A DNA stretch of 64,000 nucleotides from Candidatus Eiseniibacteriota bacterium (lineage in GTDB: Bacteria; Eisenbacteria; RBG-16-71-46; JABDJR01), in assembly GCA_963762255.1 (NCBI GenBank), contig CAVXKA010000001.1, positions 160,001-224,000 on the forward strand, in the 5' to 3' direction. The notes beneath the pieces are model-generated. The model was not told the DNA's origin. It did no database searches and was given only the letters and a program-made list of their open reading frames with translations. The position numbers and the translations under genes are program-made. Positions 46,393 through 55,528 of this stretch are shown here, piece after piece. Each line of letters begins with the position of its first letter. Position 1 is the stretch's first letter.

Positions 46393-49300
46393 GTGAGCGA
46401 GCAGGACACTCGGGATCCGGCGCGGGCGGGAATCCCAGGCGACGATATCGATCGGGTTTCTCACTCGAGGCGGCGTCTCTGGCGACGCGGCATCGCGTTG
46501 CTGCTATTCGTTCTTCTCGCGCTCGGGACGTGGCATGAATCGCGAACGTCGGATATTCAGTCGCGGATCTTCGCCCGTTACGCCTCGCGGCTTTCCTATC
46601 GTTTCGAACCAGGCCCCACCGATTCGGTCGCCTACCCTACGGGCGGTCCATTCGATCTGCGCCGCGGCTACGCATTCATCCCCCAAGTAGCGGAAACCCT
46701 CGCCGCGCGCGACTACGCCGTGACCGGGCAGGCCCGCATGTCTCCCGATCTGCTCAAACTCACCCGCCACGGCATCTACGCGGTGTACCCCACAGACACG
46801 CGGGCCGGCCTCGAGATCCTCGACCGCGACGGGTTGCCCCTCTACACGCTGCGATTTCCCGAGCGCACCTATGCCCGCTTCGATTCCATACCGCCGATTC
46901 TCGTGAAGACGCTCCTCTTCATCGAGAACCGCGAGTTGCTGGACGAGCGCTTCCCGTATCGCAACCCCGCGGTCGAATGGGATCGGCTCGCCAAGGCGGC
47001 GTTCGACCTCGCGCTCAACAGCATCGGCATCGACCGCCCTCAGCCTGGTGGGAGCACGCTGGCCACGCAGATGGAGAAGTACCGCCACGCGAGCGAGGGA
47101 CGGACGTCCTCCCCCGCCGACAAGCTGAAACAGATGGCGGCGGCGAGCCTGCGCGCGTACGCGGGGGGGCGGAACACCATCGAAGCGCGGCGAAACATCG
47201 TCCGCGATTACGTCAACTCGGTCCCACTGGCCGCCTATCCCGGCTACGGCGAGGTGAAGGGGTTGGGGGACGGACTCTGGGTGTGGTTCGATACGGATTT
47301 CGCACAGGCGACTCGGGTGCTGCGCTCCGCGGAGGGCGGCGCCGAGGCCTACAAGAAGGTGCTCGCGCTCTTCGTCGCCCACCGGCGGCCGACGTACTAC
47401 CTCGTCTCCGATCGCGCAGCCTTGCGCGAAGACACCGACCGCTATCTCCGTTTGCTCGGCGAGGCCGGCGTCATCTCGCCGGAGTTCCGCGACGCCGCCC
47501 TGCGCGCGCCCCTGCGATTCCGCGAGGGTCCGCCGGTGCGCACCCGCCCGTCCTACATCGAGCGCAAGGCGACCAATGCGATCCGGGCACGGCTCCTGAG
47601 GCTCATGGACGTCGATCAGCTCTACACGCTCGACCGCTTCGATCTCACCGTGGAGAGCACGCTCGACGGCCCGACGCAGAAACGCGTCACCCAGATCCTG
47701 GGGCGCTTGAAGGAGCCCGCGTTTGCCGACTCGCTAGGGCTGCGCGAGTTCCGACTCCTCTCGAGCGGAGATCCGGGCGGGGTGATCTACAGCTTCACCC
47801 TCTTCGAGAGTACCCCCGACGGTAACCTGCTCCGCGTGCAGGCGGACAACCTCGACCAGCCGCTCGACATCAACGAGGGGGCGAAGCTCGACCTCGGATC
47901 CACCGCCAAACTCCGCACCCTGGTGAACTACCTGGAGGTCGTGGCCGGGCTGCACGCGGCACATGCGGGCCGGCCGGTCGCGGATCTGCGAAAAGCCGCG
48001 AACCAGGCCAAGGATCCCCTGCGCCGCTGGGCCTTCGCCTATCTCGCTTCCGCCGCGGACACCACCCTTCCCGCCGCGCTCGAAGCGGCGATGAACCGTG
48101 CGTACTCGGCCAGCTCGGACGAGAGATTCTTCACCGGCGGCGGGGTGCACACCTTCGTCAACTTCAAGTCCGAGGACGACGACAAGGTGCTGACCGTACG
48201 CGAGGGGCTGCGCAACTCGGTGAACCTGGTCTTCATCCGCCTCATGCGCGACATCGTTCGCTACTACACGGCGGATACACCGGGCTACGGGGACGGATTG
48301 TTGGAGGATGTGAATCACCCGCTGCGCAGGGGGTACCTGGAGCGTTTCGCCGACAAGGAGGGGCAGACGTTCCTCACCGAGTTCTACAAGCGATACCGCC
48401 ACGAGACCCCGGCGGGTCGCATGGAGAAGTTGATCGGCCGGATCCGGCCCACCCCCAAACGGCTGGCCGTCATCTACCGGTCGGTGCGCCCCGAAGCCGG
48501 TCTCGATTCGCTGGCCGCGTTCCTGCGGGCCCACCCCGCGGGGTATGCGATCACCGACCGCCTTGCGCGCGATCTCTACGACACGTATGCCCCCGGTGCG
48601 TTCAGCCTCGCCGATCGCGGCTACCTGGCCGGAGTCCATCCTCTGGAGCTATGGCTGCTGAATTACTTGGAGAGCCATCCCGACGCCACCTGGCACGACA
48701 CCGCGGCGGCGAGCGTGCAGGAGCGACAGGACGCCTACGCCTGGCTGTTCAAGCCGAGCAAGCGCGAGGGACAGGACAAACGGATCCGCGAGATCCTCGA
48801 AGAGGACGCGTTCAAGGAGATTCACGCAGCCTGGAAACGCCTGGGGTATCCCTTCGACAGCCTCGTCCCCTCCTACGCGACGGCCATCGGCAGCTCGGCG
48901 GATCGCCCCGCCGCGCTCGCCGATCTCATGGGGATCCTCGTGAACGACGGCGTGCGGATGCCGGTCGTTCGGATGACGCGGCTCCACTTCGCGCAGGGGA
49001 TGCCCTACGAGGTGGTCTTCGAAGCGCGAAAGCCGGTTCCCGAGCGCGTCCTTCCCGCCGAGGTGGCGCGCGTCGCGCGCGCGGCGGTGATCGACGTCGT
49101 GGAGAACGGCACCGCGCGCCGAGGGTACCAGGCGTTCAAGCGCGCGGACGGGAGCACCATCCCGCTGGGCGGCAAGACCGGGACCGGCGATCACCGTTAC
49201 GAGACCTATGCACCGGGCGGGCGACTCCTGGAGTCGCGCGTGGTGAATCGCACGGCCACCTTCGTGTTCCTGATCGGCGACCGGTTCTTCGGCACAATCT

Positions 49301-49521
49301 CATGCCACGTACCGGGGCCGGAGGCCGCTCGGTATGTGTTCACCAGCTCGCTCCCGGTGCAGCTCGTGAAGTCTCTGGCGCCGGTGCTGATGCCGCTGGT
49401 GGATCGGCCCCCGGCGGCTGACGGAGCATTGCCGCCCGCGTCAGCCGCCTCTTCGACAGGAACCGAAGCGGTCTACCCTCCGGCCGCCGGCGACAGTACT
49501 TCCGCCAACCCGGGAACGTAG
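46393..49521 (+). CDS. large atypical class A penicillin-binding protein (transglycosylase-transpeptidase)
   Basis: N-terminal TM; IENREL, GGSTLATQMEK (GT51); GSTAK (SxxK), SVN (SxN), KTGT; long insertions. Confidence 0.85.
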   Translation: MSEQDTRDPARAGIPGDDIDRVSHSRRRLWRRGIALLLFVLLALGTWHESRTSDIQSRIFARYASRLSYRFEPGPTDSVAYPTGGPFDLRRGYAFIPQVAETLAARDYAVTGQARMSPDLLKLTRHGIYAVYPTDTRAGLEILDRDGLPLYTLRFPERTYARFDSIPPILVKTLLFIENRELLDERFPYRNPAVEWDRLAKAAFDLALNSIGIDRPQPGGSTLATQMEKYRHASEGRTSSPADKLKQMAAASLRAYAGGRNTIEARRNIVRDYVNSVPLAAYPGYGEVKGLGDGLWVWFDTDFAQATRVLRSAEGGAEAYKKVLALFVAHRRPTYYLVSDRAALREDTDRYLRLLGEAGVISPEFRDAALRAPLRFREGPPVRTRPSYIERKATNAIRARLLRLMDVDQLYTLDRFDLTVESTLDGPTQKRVTQILGRLKEPAFADSLGLREFRLLSSGDPGGVIYSFTLFESTPDGNLLRVQADNLDQPLDINEGAKLDLGSTAKLRTLVNYLEVVAGLHAAHAGRPVADLRKAANQAKDPLRRWAFAYLASAADTTLPAALEAAMNRAYSASSDERFFTGGGVHTFVNFKSEDDDKVLTVREGLRNSVNLVFIRLMRDIVRYYTADTPGYGDGLLEDVNHPLRRGYLERFADKEGQTFLTEFYKRYRHETPAGRMEKLIGRIRPTPKRLAVIYRSVRPEAGLDSLAAFLRAHPAGYAITDRLARDLYDTYAPGAFSLADRGYLAGVHPLELWLLNYLESHPDATWHDTAAASVQERQDAYAWLFKPSKREGQDKRIREILEEDAFKEIHAAWKRLGYPFDSLVPSYATAIGSSADRPAALADLMGILVNDGVRMPVVRMTRLHFAQGMPYEVVFEARKPVPERVLPAEVARVARAAVIDVVENGTARRGYQAFKRADGSTIPLGGKTGTGDHRYETYAPGGRLLESRVVNRTATFVFLIGDRFFGTISCHVPGPEAARYVFTSSLPVQLVKSLAPVLMPLVDRPPAADGALPPASAASSTGTEAVYPPAAGDSTSANPGT

Positions 49522-51524
49522 CTGCCTCCCTTGATCACCTGGATGCTCGAGCCCTTGAAGTCGTCGCCGATCGGCTCGACGCGCCCACCCAGCACTTTCC
49601 CCAGGAAGGCCTCGGTCACCGCGTTGAACGACATGTTGTTCTCCGGCCTCGCGAAGCCGTGCCCCTCGTCGGGGTAGAGGACGTAGGTGACGGGGATGTT
49701 CCGGGCTTCCATCGCGGCCACGATCTGGTCGGCTTCGGCCTGCTTGACCCGGGGGTCATTGGCCCCCTGGCCGATGAGGAGCGGCTTCGTGATCTTGTCC
49801 ACGTAGGTGAGCGGGGAGCGCTCGGTGAGCATCGCCCTCCCCGCTTCGGTCCGTGGATCACCGACCCGGGTGGCGAACATCTCGAGGAGCGGTGCCCAGT
49901 AGGGAGGGATCGATTCGAGCAGGGTAATCAAGTTCGAGGGACCCACGATGTCCACCCCGCAGGCGAACTTGTCCGGCGTCAGGGTGAGCCCGGCCAGCGT
50001 GGCGTAGCCGCCATAGCTGCCGCCTCCGACGCAGACCTTGCCGGCGTCGGCGATGCCGCCGGCGACGGCCCAATCCACCGCGTCGAGCAGGTCGTCGTGC
50101 ATGCGCGTGCCCCAGGTCAGGTTGCCCGCGTTGATGAACTCCTTGCCGAAGCCGCTTGAAGCGCGGAAATTGACGGCGAGGATCGCGTATCCGCGGTTGG
50201 CGAACCACTGGTGGTGGGGATCGAGACCCCAGGCATCGCGGGCCCAGGGCCCGCCGTGGACCCAGAGCACCATGGGAAGCGGCGACGCCGGCTTTCCGTC
50301 CCCGTCCGGATCGGACCAGATCGGCAAGGTGTAGTAGCTGACCATGTCGAGGCCGTCCCGCGAGCGGATCACTACCGGGTGCATCTTGGCCAACGGTAGC
50401 CCCTCAAGATCCTTGCGGTTGGTGAACAGGAACTCGGCCTTCTTCGCGTCCCGGTCGTAGCGGTAGTAGCGCACCGGGCCGTCGTCCACCAGATAGACGA
50501 CGATCCAGTGCCTGTCGTCCAGGGTGCGCGAGGTGATCTCGATATCGCCGTCCGCCACCGTCCGCAGGTACGCGAGATCGGGTTCGATGGTCTTGTCGAG
50601 GACCTGCCATTCCTTGCGCAGGTAGTTGAACGCGGCCGCCTCGATGGTCTTCTCGACCGGATGGGACATCACCGCGTCCAGGTCTGCCTTGGGATCCGAA
50701 GCGACCACGCTCTCCTCGCCGGTCTCCAGGTTGACGGCCACCAGAGCCGAGGTGTTTCGGTTTCGGCTGTCGATCATGTAGAGAATCTTGCCGGACTTGT
50801 CGAATCCCGCCGGGCTGGTGGTCATCATGTCCTCGGCGCCGATCTTCATGAACGGGACCCAGTCGCCGTTCGTCTTCCTGAAGATCTCCGAGCCTCCGTC
50901 GGCGGTGAAGCGGGTGGCCAGGCGGACTTCGAAGTCGTCATCGATGACGTACTCGAGCCATCCCTGGTCGTTCTGCTCGTGCAGGGTGCGCTCGCCCGTC
51001 GAGAGATCGACCCGATAGATGTCGTGCAGTTGGGGGTCGCGGTTGTTGAGGCCGACGAGGATCTCGTTCGGATAGAGGTGGCTGCGGGCCTCGATGCGGG
51101 CCTGGACCCCGTCGAAGGGAGTGAGATCCTTGGATTCGCCGGTGCCCAGGTCTACGGCATAGACGCGCCAGTTCTCGTCGCCTCCCTTGTCCTGGAGAAA
51201 GACGATGTGCTTGCTGTCGAAAGCCCAGAAGTAGCGTCGGATGCCGCGGTCGGCATCATGAGTCACCGGTTGGGCTGAGGCGGGGTTCTCGGCAGGTCCC
51301 ACCCACACGTTGAGGACGCCGTCCACCGGGGCAAGAAACGAGATGTTGCTCCCGTCGGGACTGATCTGGGCACCGGCCTTGTCCGGGTTGCCGAATAGCA
51401 CCTCCCGGCCGATGAGCGGCGTGTTGTCCGCGGTCCATACCGGCTGCTGCTGCTTCCCCGCGCAGCCGGTCAGTGCCGCAAGGGCGAGAAGCGCGACGAG
51501 GAGAACGATTCGAGGGTGTCTCAC
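49473..51524 (-). CDS. S9 family peptidase (acylaminoacyl-peptidase-like lipoprotein)
   Basis: Lipobox LTGC, VHGGPW, GGSYGG, NDPRV, DEGHGF. AGGAGG RBS before GTG 51524. Confidence 0.93.
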   Translation of the reverse strand: MRHPRIVLLVALLALAALTGCAGKQQQPVWTADNTPLIGREVLFGNPDKAGAQISPDGSNISFLAPVDGVLNVWVGPAENPASAQPVTHDADRGIRRYFWAFDSKHIVFLQDKGGDENWRVYAVDLGTGESKDLTPFDGVQARIEARSHLYPNEILVGLNNRDPQLHDIYRVDLSTGERTLHEQNDQGWLEYVIDDDFEVRLATRFTADGGSEIFRKTNGDWVPFMKIGAEDMMTTSPAGFDKSGKILYMIDSRNRNTSALVAVNLETGEESVVASDPKADLDAVMSHPVEKTIEAAAFNYLRKEWQVLDKTIEPDLAYLRTVADGDIEITSRTLDDRHWIVVYLVDDGPVRYYRYDRDAKKAEFLFTNRKDLEGLPLAKMHPVVIRSRDGLDMVSYYTLPIWSDPDGDGKPASPLPMVLWVHGGPWARDAWGLDPHHQWFANRGYAILAVNFRASSGFGKEFINAGNLTWGTRMHDDLLDAVDWAVAGGIADAGKVCVGGGSYGGYATLAGLTLTPDKFACGVDIVGPSNLITLLESIPPYWAPLLEMFATRVGDPRTEAGRAMLTERSPLTYVDKITKPLLIGQGANDPRVKQAEADQIVAAMEARNIPVTYVLYPDEGHGFARPENNMSFNAVTEAFLGKVLGGRVEPIGDDFKGSSIQVIKGGSYVPGLAEVLSPAAGG

Positions 51525-51661
51525 GGTTTCCAGCCTCCTGAGATGAGGTGCGGGCATTCCGGTCTTGCGAAACCCGGAAGGGAACGGTGGGACGAGGGGA
51601 GGGTTCCGGCAGACTAGACCCGGAGGGGAGATTGCGCAACCGTCGGGGCGCGCCGGCCACG

Positions 51662-51697
51662 GAAGAGGGGGAGATCCCGCGGGATCTCCCCCTCTTC
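51662..51697. repeat. perfect 36-bp palindrome
   Basis: GAAGAGGGGGAGATCCCGCGGGATCTCCCCCTCTTC is its own reverse complement; no U-tract. Confidence 0.85.
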
Positions 51698-51713
51698 ACC
51701 GGCGAATACCGCC

Positions 51714-52094
51714 CTACTGAACCACGCGCACGGTGGCCGAGCCCTCGAAGGCCTCGCCATCCACGGTGACTCCCTTGAGGGTGAGAACGGCCGAGGGCGC
51801 GGAGACGATCGCCTTCACCGCGGCCTCGTCAAACTTGGCCACCAGTTCCCCGCGCGAATCCGCCTTGGTCCACGTGACCGGAATGCCGTTCAGGGTCAGC
51901 GAGGCGCAGTCCACCTTGCTGTAGGCGATCGTCGCATGAACGGTGATCTCACCGCCCTGGAGTTCACCGAGCAGGAGCGTCTTCGGAGCCACGACGACGG
52001 CCACTTCGCCGGCAGTCGCAACCGTCGGCACTGCGGAAACCAGAAGAGCCAGCCCGAATCCTAGAAAGCACACGATCCGCATCATCCTCTGCAT
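51714..52094 (-). CDS. hypothetical small exported beta-rich protein
   Basis: GGGAGGAG RBS, signal peptide, PKTLLL...LVAKFD...LTLKG...FEGSATVRVV. Confidence 0.7.
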   Translation of the reverse strand: MQRMMRIVCFLGFGLALLVSAVPTVATAGEVAVVVAPKTLLLGELQGGEITVHATIAYSKVDCASLTLNGIPVTWTKADSRGELVAKFDEAAVKAIVSAPSAVLTLKGVTVDGEAFEGSATVRVVQ

Positions 52095-52293
52095 CGATTC
52101 TCCTCCCGATAGTCTTGGGTTCCGTGTCTATTCTTCCCCCCCCACGTAGGGTCCGGAGTGTGAGACGGGATGAATGCGGGCCGGTTACGCGCGGGTGGGC
52201 CGGCGCGATGACGAGGGGTTTCCCACCCACCGGCGGAGGCCGCTTCGAACCCCCTTGGGGGCGCCCCCCGCACCGTGTACAATCTATCGCCCT

Positions 52294-53280
52294 ATGATCA
52301 AAGTCTTCAGCGGAATCCAGCCCACAGGCACCTTGCACCTCGGCAACTACCTCGGAGCCATCCGTAACTGGGTCGCGCTCCAGGAGCGCCCCGACTACGA
52401 GTGCATCTACTGCGTCGTGGACTACCACGCGATCACGGTGGAGTACGAGCCGGAGCGACTCCACGAGCGCACGCTGGCGCTGACCCGCGATCTTCTCGCC
52501 TGCGGTCTCGATCCCGAGCGCAGCGCCATCTTCGCGCAGTCGCAGGTGCCCGAGCACACCGAGCTCGCCTGGATCTTCCAGGCCACCTCGACCTCGTACG
52601 GCGAACTGCAGCGTATGACGCAGTTCAAGTCGAAGTCCGACCAGCAGGCCTTCGTCACCGCGGGACTCTTCACCTACCCGGTGCTGCAAGCCGCGGACAT
52701 TCTTCTCTACGACGCCACGCGCGTGCCGGTCGGCGAGGACCAGGTGCAGCACCTGGAGCTCACGCGCGAAATCGCGCGCCGCTTCAACCTGCGCTTCGGC
52801 GAGACCTTCCCCGAGGTGCTCCCGCTCCTGACCGACGCGCCCAAGATCCTCTCCCTGCGCGACCCCGAGCAGAAGATGTCGAAGAGCGCGGGCGAGGGGC
52901 ATTTCCTGGCAATGGACGCGACCGAATCCGAAGCGCGCGACATGATCAAGCGCGCGGTCACCGACGTGGGCCCGCGGCCCGAGGGCGAGATGAGCCCCGG
53001 CGTGGCCAACCTCTTCGTCATCGTCAAGACGCTCGGCGATCCCGCCGTGTACGCCGGGCTGATGAGGGATTACGAGGGGGGCAAGCTCCGGTATGTAGAG
53101 CTCAAAGGGGCCGCCGCCGACTCGGTGTGGGCCACGATGGCCCGCATTCAGGAGCGCAAGGCGCAGTTCCCGGTCGAGAAGGTTCGGGAGATCCTGCGTG
53201 AGGGGGCGGCGAAGGTGAGGCCGCAGGCCCAGGCCAAGATCGCGGACGTCCGCCGGCGGGTCGGGTTGATTACTATATAG
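52294..53280 (+). CDS. trpS: tryptophan--tRNA ligase
   Basis: [42 protein letters not shown] 10 nt before the ATG and no SD. Confidence 0.96.
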   Translation: MIKVFSGIQPTGTLHLGNYLGAIRNWVALQERPDYECIYCVVDYHAITVEYEPERLHERTLALTRDLLACGLDPERSAIFAQSQVPEHTELAWIFQATSTSYGELQRMTQFKSKSDQQAFVTAGLFTYPVLQAADILLYDATRVPVGEDQVQHLELTREIARRFNLRFGETFPEVLPLLTDAPKILSLRDPEQKMSKSAGEGHFLAMDATESEARDMIKRAVTDVGPRPEGEMSPGVANLFVIVKTLGDPAVYAGLMRDYEGGKLRYVELKGAAADSVWATMARIQERKAQFPVEKVREILREGAAKVRPQAQAKIADVRRRVGLITI

Positions 53281-53304
53281 TTCAATTTTTCCGATGTGGT
53301 CTTG

Positions 53305-53333
53305 TTGCCCGGCCTCCTTGTGGCCGGTACACT
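53305..53333 (+). promoter_or_regulatory. sigma70-type promoter for panD
   Basis: TTGCCC-N17-TACACT. Confidence 0.55.
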
Positions 53334-53340
53334 TTTCGTC

Positions 53341-53382
53341 TTGCCAGCGGCATCCGGGGTCCCCGGAACCCGGTCGCGGCAA
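53341..53382 (+). ncRNA. candidate pan RNA motif (cis-regulatory hairpin) in the panD leader
   Basis: TTGCC-A-GCGGC-A-...-GTCGC-GGCAA stem with two 5' unpaired adenosines, immediately before the GAGGAG RBS of panD. Confidence 0.5.
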
Positions 53383-53393
53383 CGAGGAGACCG

Positions 53394-53783
53394 ATGCAGA
53401 GAAGAATGTTCCTGGCCAAGATCCACAGGGCGACGGTCACCCACGCCGACCTCGACTACGAGGGGAGCGTATCGATCGACCGTGACCTGATGGACGCCGC
53501 CGGGATCCTCGACCATGAGGAAGTTCACGTCTGGAACGTGACGAGGGGCACGCGCCTCGTCACCTACGCCATCCCCAGCCCGAGCGGGTCCGGGGTCATC
53601 TCCATCAACGGCGCCGCCGCCCATCACAACAAGCCCGGCGACATCGTGATCCTCGCCACCTTCGGGGAACTCACCGACGAGGAAGCGCGCCGTCACACGC
53701 CCAGAGTGATTCGGGTCGATGCCAAGAATCGGATCGTGAGCGCCGAGCCCGAGATCGCAGGTCCGGGGCGTCCTCGCGTCTAG
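53394..53783 (+). CDS. panD: aspartate 1-decarboxylase
   Basis: [12 protein letters not shown] self-cleavage site, G-RL-TY-I, INGAAA, GDIVI. Confidence 0.97.
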   Translation: MQRRMFLAKIHRATVTHADLDYEGSVSIDRDLMDAAGILDHEEVHVWNVTRGTRLVTYAIPSPSGSGVISINGAAAHHNKPGDIVILATFGELTDEEARRHTPRVIRVDAKNRIVSAEPEIAGPGRPRV

Positions 53784-53813
53784 TCCGTTCCTCGTCTGCT
53801 CCGCCCAATTCTC

Positions 53814-53841
53814 TGCAACTTGAGCCCGCCCGGTTGCGTCT
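53814..53841 (+). promoter_or_regulatory. possible ECF-sigma promoter upstream of the RND operon
   Basis: TGCAAC-N17-CGTCT (AAC...CGT pattern). Confidence 0.3.
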
Positions 53842-53931
53842 TACCCGATGTCGCGCGCGAACGAACGCCCGGTGGCGTCTTCCCGTCGCCCCCGCTGCGC
53901 GTGCCGCGACGCCCTCACGGGTGGACGGACC

Positions 53932-54210
53932 ATGCGCAAGTCGAACCCCTTTGTCCGCTTGCTGATCGCGATACTGATCGCCACCGCGCTCACCGGGATT
54001 CCGACCCTGGCAGGGGCGCGCACCACTCCACCCGGACCTCCGGTCTTCTGTCCGCCGCCGGTCGACCATAGCCCGGAGGCGAACGCGATCGAGAAGGCGG
54101 GCGCCCGCGGGCCTTCGAAGCCCTCATCGAACGCGCATGCTGCGCGGCCCGCCGCGCCTCCATCCGGTTCTTCACCTCCGGCTGCAACTTCACGCCGGAA
54201 CCAATCGTAG
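53932..54210 (+). CDS. small hypothetical exported, Pro/Ser/Ala-rich protein
   Basis: Signal-like MRKSNPFVRLLIAILIATALTGIPTLA, then low-complexity sequence. Confidence 0.35.
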   Translation: MRKSNPFVRLLIAILIATALTGIPTLAGARTTPPGPPVFCPPPVDHSPEANAIEKAGARGPSKPSSNAHAARPAAPPSGSSPPAATSRRNQS

Positions 54211-54315
54211 TTCGCGACATTGGGGGGCTCCTCAGATGGCCGCCGGCGTGCGATGCGCGCCGGCGGCGCGCTCCCTCCGCCATGCGCCCATCGCTCGAAA
54301 GAAGGATCGCGCGCC

Positions 54316-55527
54316 ATGAGAATCAAGAGCCGTCGATTCGGAATCCTCCTCCTCGTGATCGTCGTGGTACTCGCCGTGTCGGGAACGATCCTCGTCCGGC
54401 AGATCTCGGGGCGCGCGGACACCGCGGTCGCCTCGGCATCCGACTCGACGGATGCCGGTAAGGCATCGGGCAAGAAGAAGAAGGGCGACAAGGACAATGC
54501 GCCCAAGCCGGTTCCGGTCGAGACCGCGCTCGCGGTGGCGCGTGACATCCCCGCGTTCTTCAGCGCCACCGGATCCCTCGACGCGCGGCGTCGCATTCAG
54601 CTCGTCTCCAAGGCGCAAGGCCAGGTCGTAAGGCTCCTCGTCGAAGAGGGCGCCCGCGTTCGCGCGGGGCAGGTTCTGCTGGAGCTGGATCATCGTGAGG
54701 AAGAGCTGCTTCTCAAGGAGGCGACCGCCCGCGCGGAGACTGCCGCTAGCGGGCTCGAGCGCATTCGCGGCCTGCTCGACCGCGGCCTCGGTTCCGATCG
54801 CGATTTCGAGCAGGCCAGAACCGAGGCCGAGGTCTCGGCGGCGCAACGCGACCTGGCGCAGGTGCGTCTCGACGACAAGATCGTGCGCGCCCCGTTCAGC
54901 GGCCTCGTGACCGATCGCCTGGTCGAGCTGGGGCAGACCACCAATCTCGGGCAGCCGCTGGTGGGCCTCGCCGAGGCCCCGCCGATGGAGATCAAGCTCT
55001 TCCTTCCCGAGCAGGTCGTGAAGGATCTGCATGCCGACCAGCCGGTCGAGATCCGCCCCGACGTGGATGCCGGCGTCGCGCTGACCGGCATCGTGGAGCG
55101 CATCGCGCCCACGGTCGATCCCTCCACCTCCACCGTGAAGGTCACGCTGCGCGTGGACGACATCTCCGCCGTCGCGCGGGTGGGGAGCTTCGTGCGGGCG
55201 CGCATCACCACCGACACGCGGCAGGGAGCGGTGGCGGTGCCCAAGCGTGCGCTGGTCCCCGAAGCGGGAGCGACCTACTTGTATCTGGCCGAGGCCGACT
55301 CGGTGCGCAAGATCGCGGTCACCACCGGCTACGCGGACGACGACTTCGTGGAAGTGGTCACGGGCCTCATGCTGGGCTCCCGCATCGTGACGGTGGGACA
55401 GGGCGGACTGCGCAACGGCAGCAAGATTCGCGATCTCACGTTGGAGAACGCGGCCAAGTCCGAGCCGAAATCCGGCGGGACCGAGCCCGCGGCGCCTGAA
55501 GTCGCAGCGGCCGCCGAGAACGACTGA
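54316..55527 (+). CDS. RND efflux periplasmic adaptor (MFP)
   Basis: N-terminal TM, lipoyl halves (VEEGARVRAGQVL, VRAPFSG), IAPTVD-ST-T, VPKRAL. Confidence 0.92.
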   Translation: MRIKSRRFGILLLVIVVVLAVSGTILVRQISGRADTAVASASDSTDAGKASGKKKKGDKDNAPKPVPVETALAVARDIPAFFSATGSLDARRRIQLVSKAQGQVVRLLVEEGARVRAGQVLLELDHREEELLLKEATARAETAASGLERIRGLLDRGLGSDRDFEQARTEAEVSAAQRDLAQVRLDDKIVRAPFSGLVTDRLVELGQTTNLGQPLVGLAEAPPMEIKLFLPEQVVKDLHADQPVEIRPDVDAGVALTGIVERIAPTVDPSTSTVKVTLRVDDISAVARVGSFVRARITTDTRQGAVAVPKRALVPEAGATYLYLAEADSVRKIAVTTGYADDDFVEVVTGLMLGSRIVTVGQGGLRNGSKIRDLTLENAAKSEPKSGGTEPAAPEVAAAAEND

Positions 55528-55528
55528 G

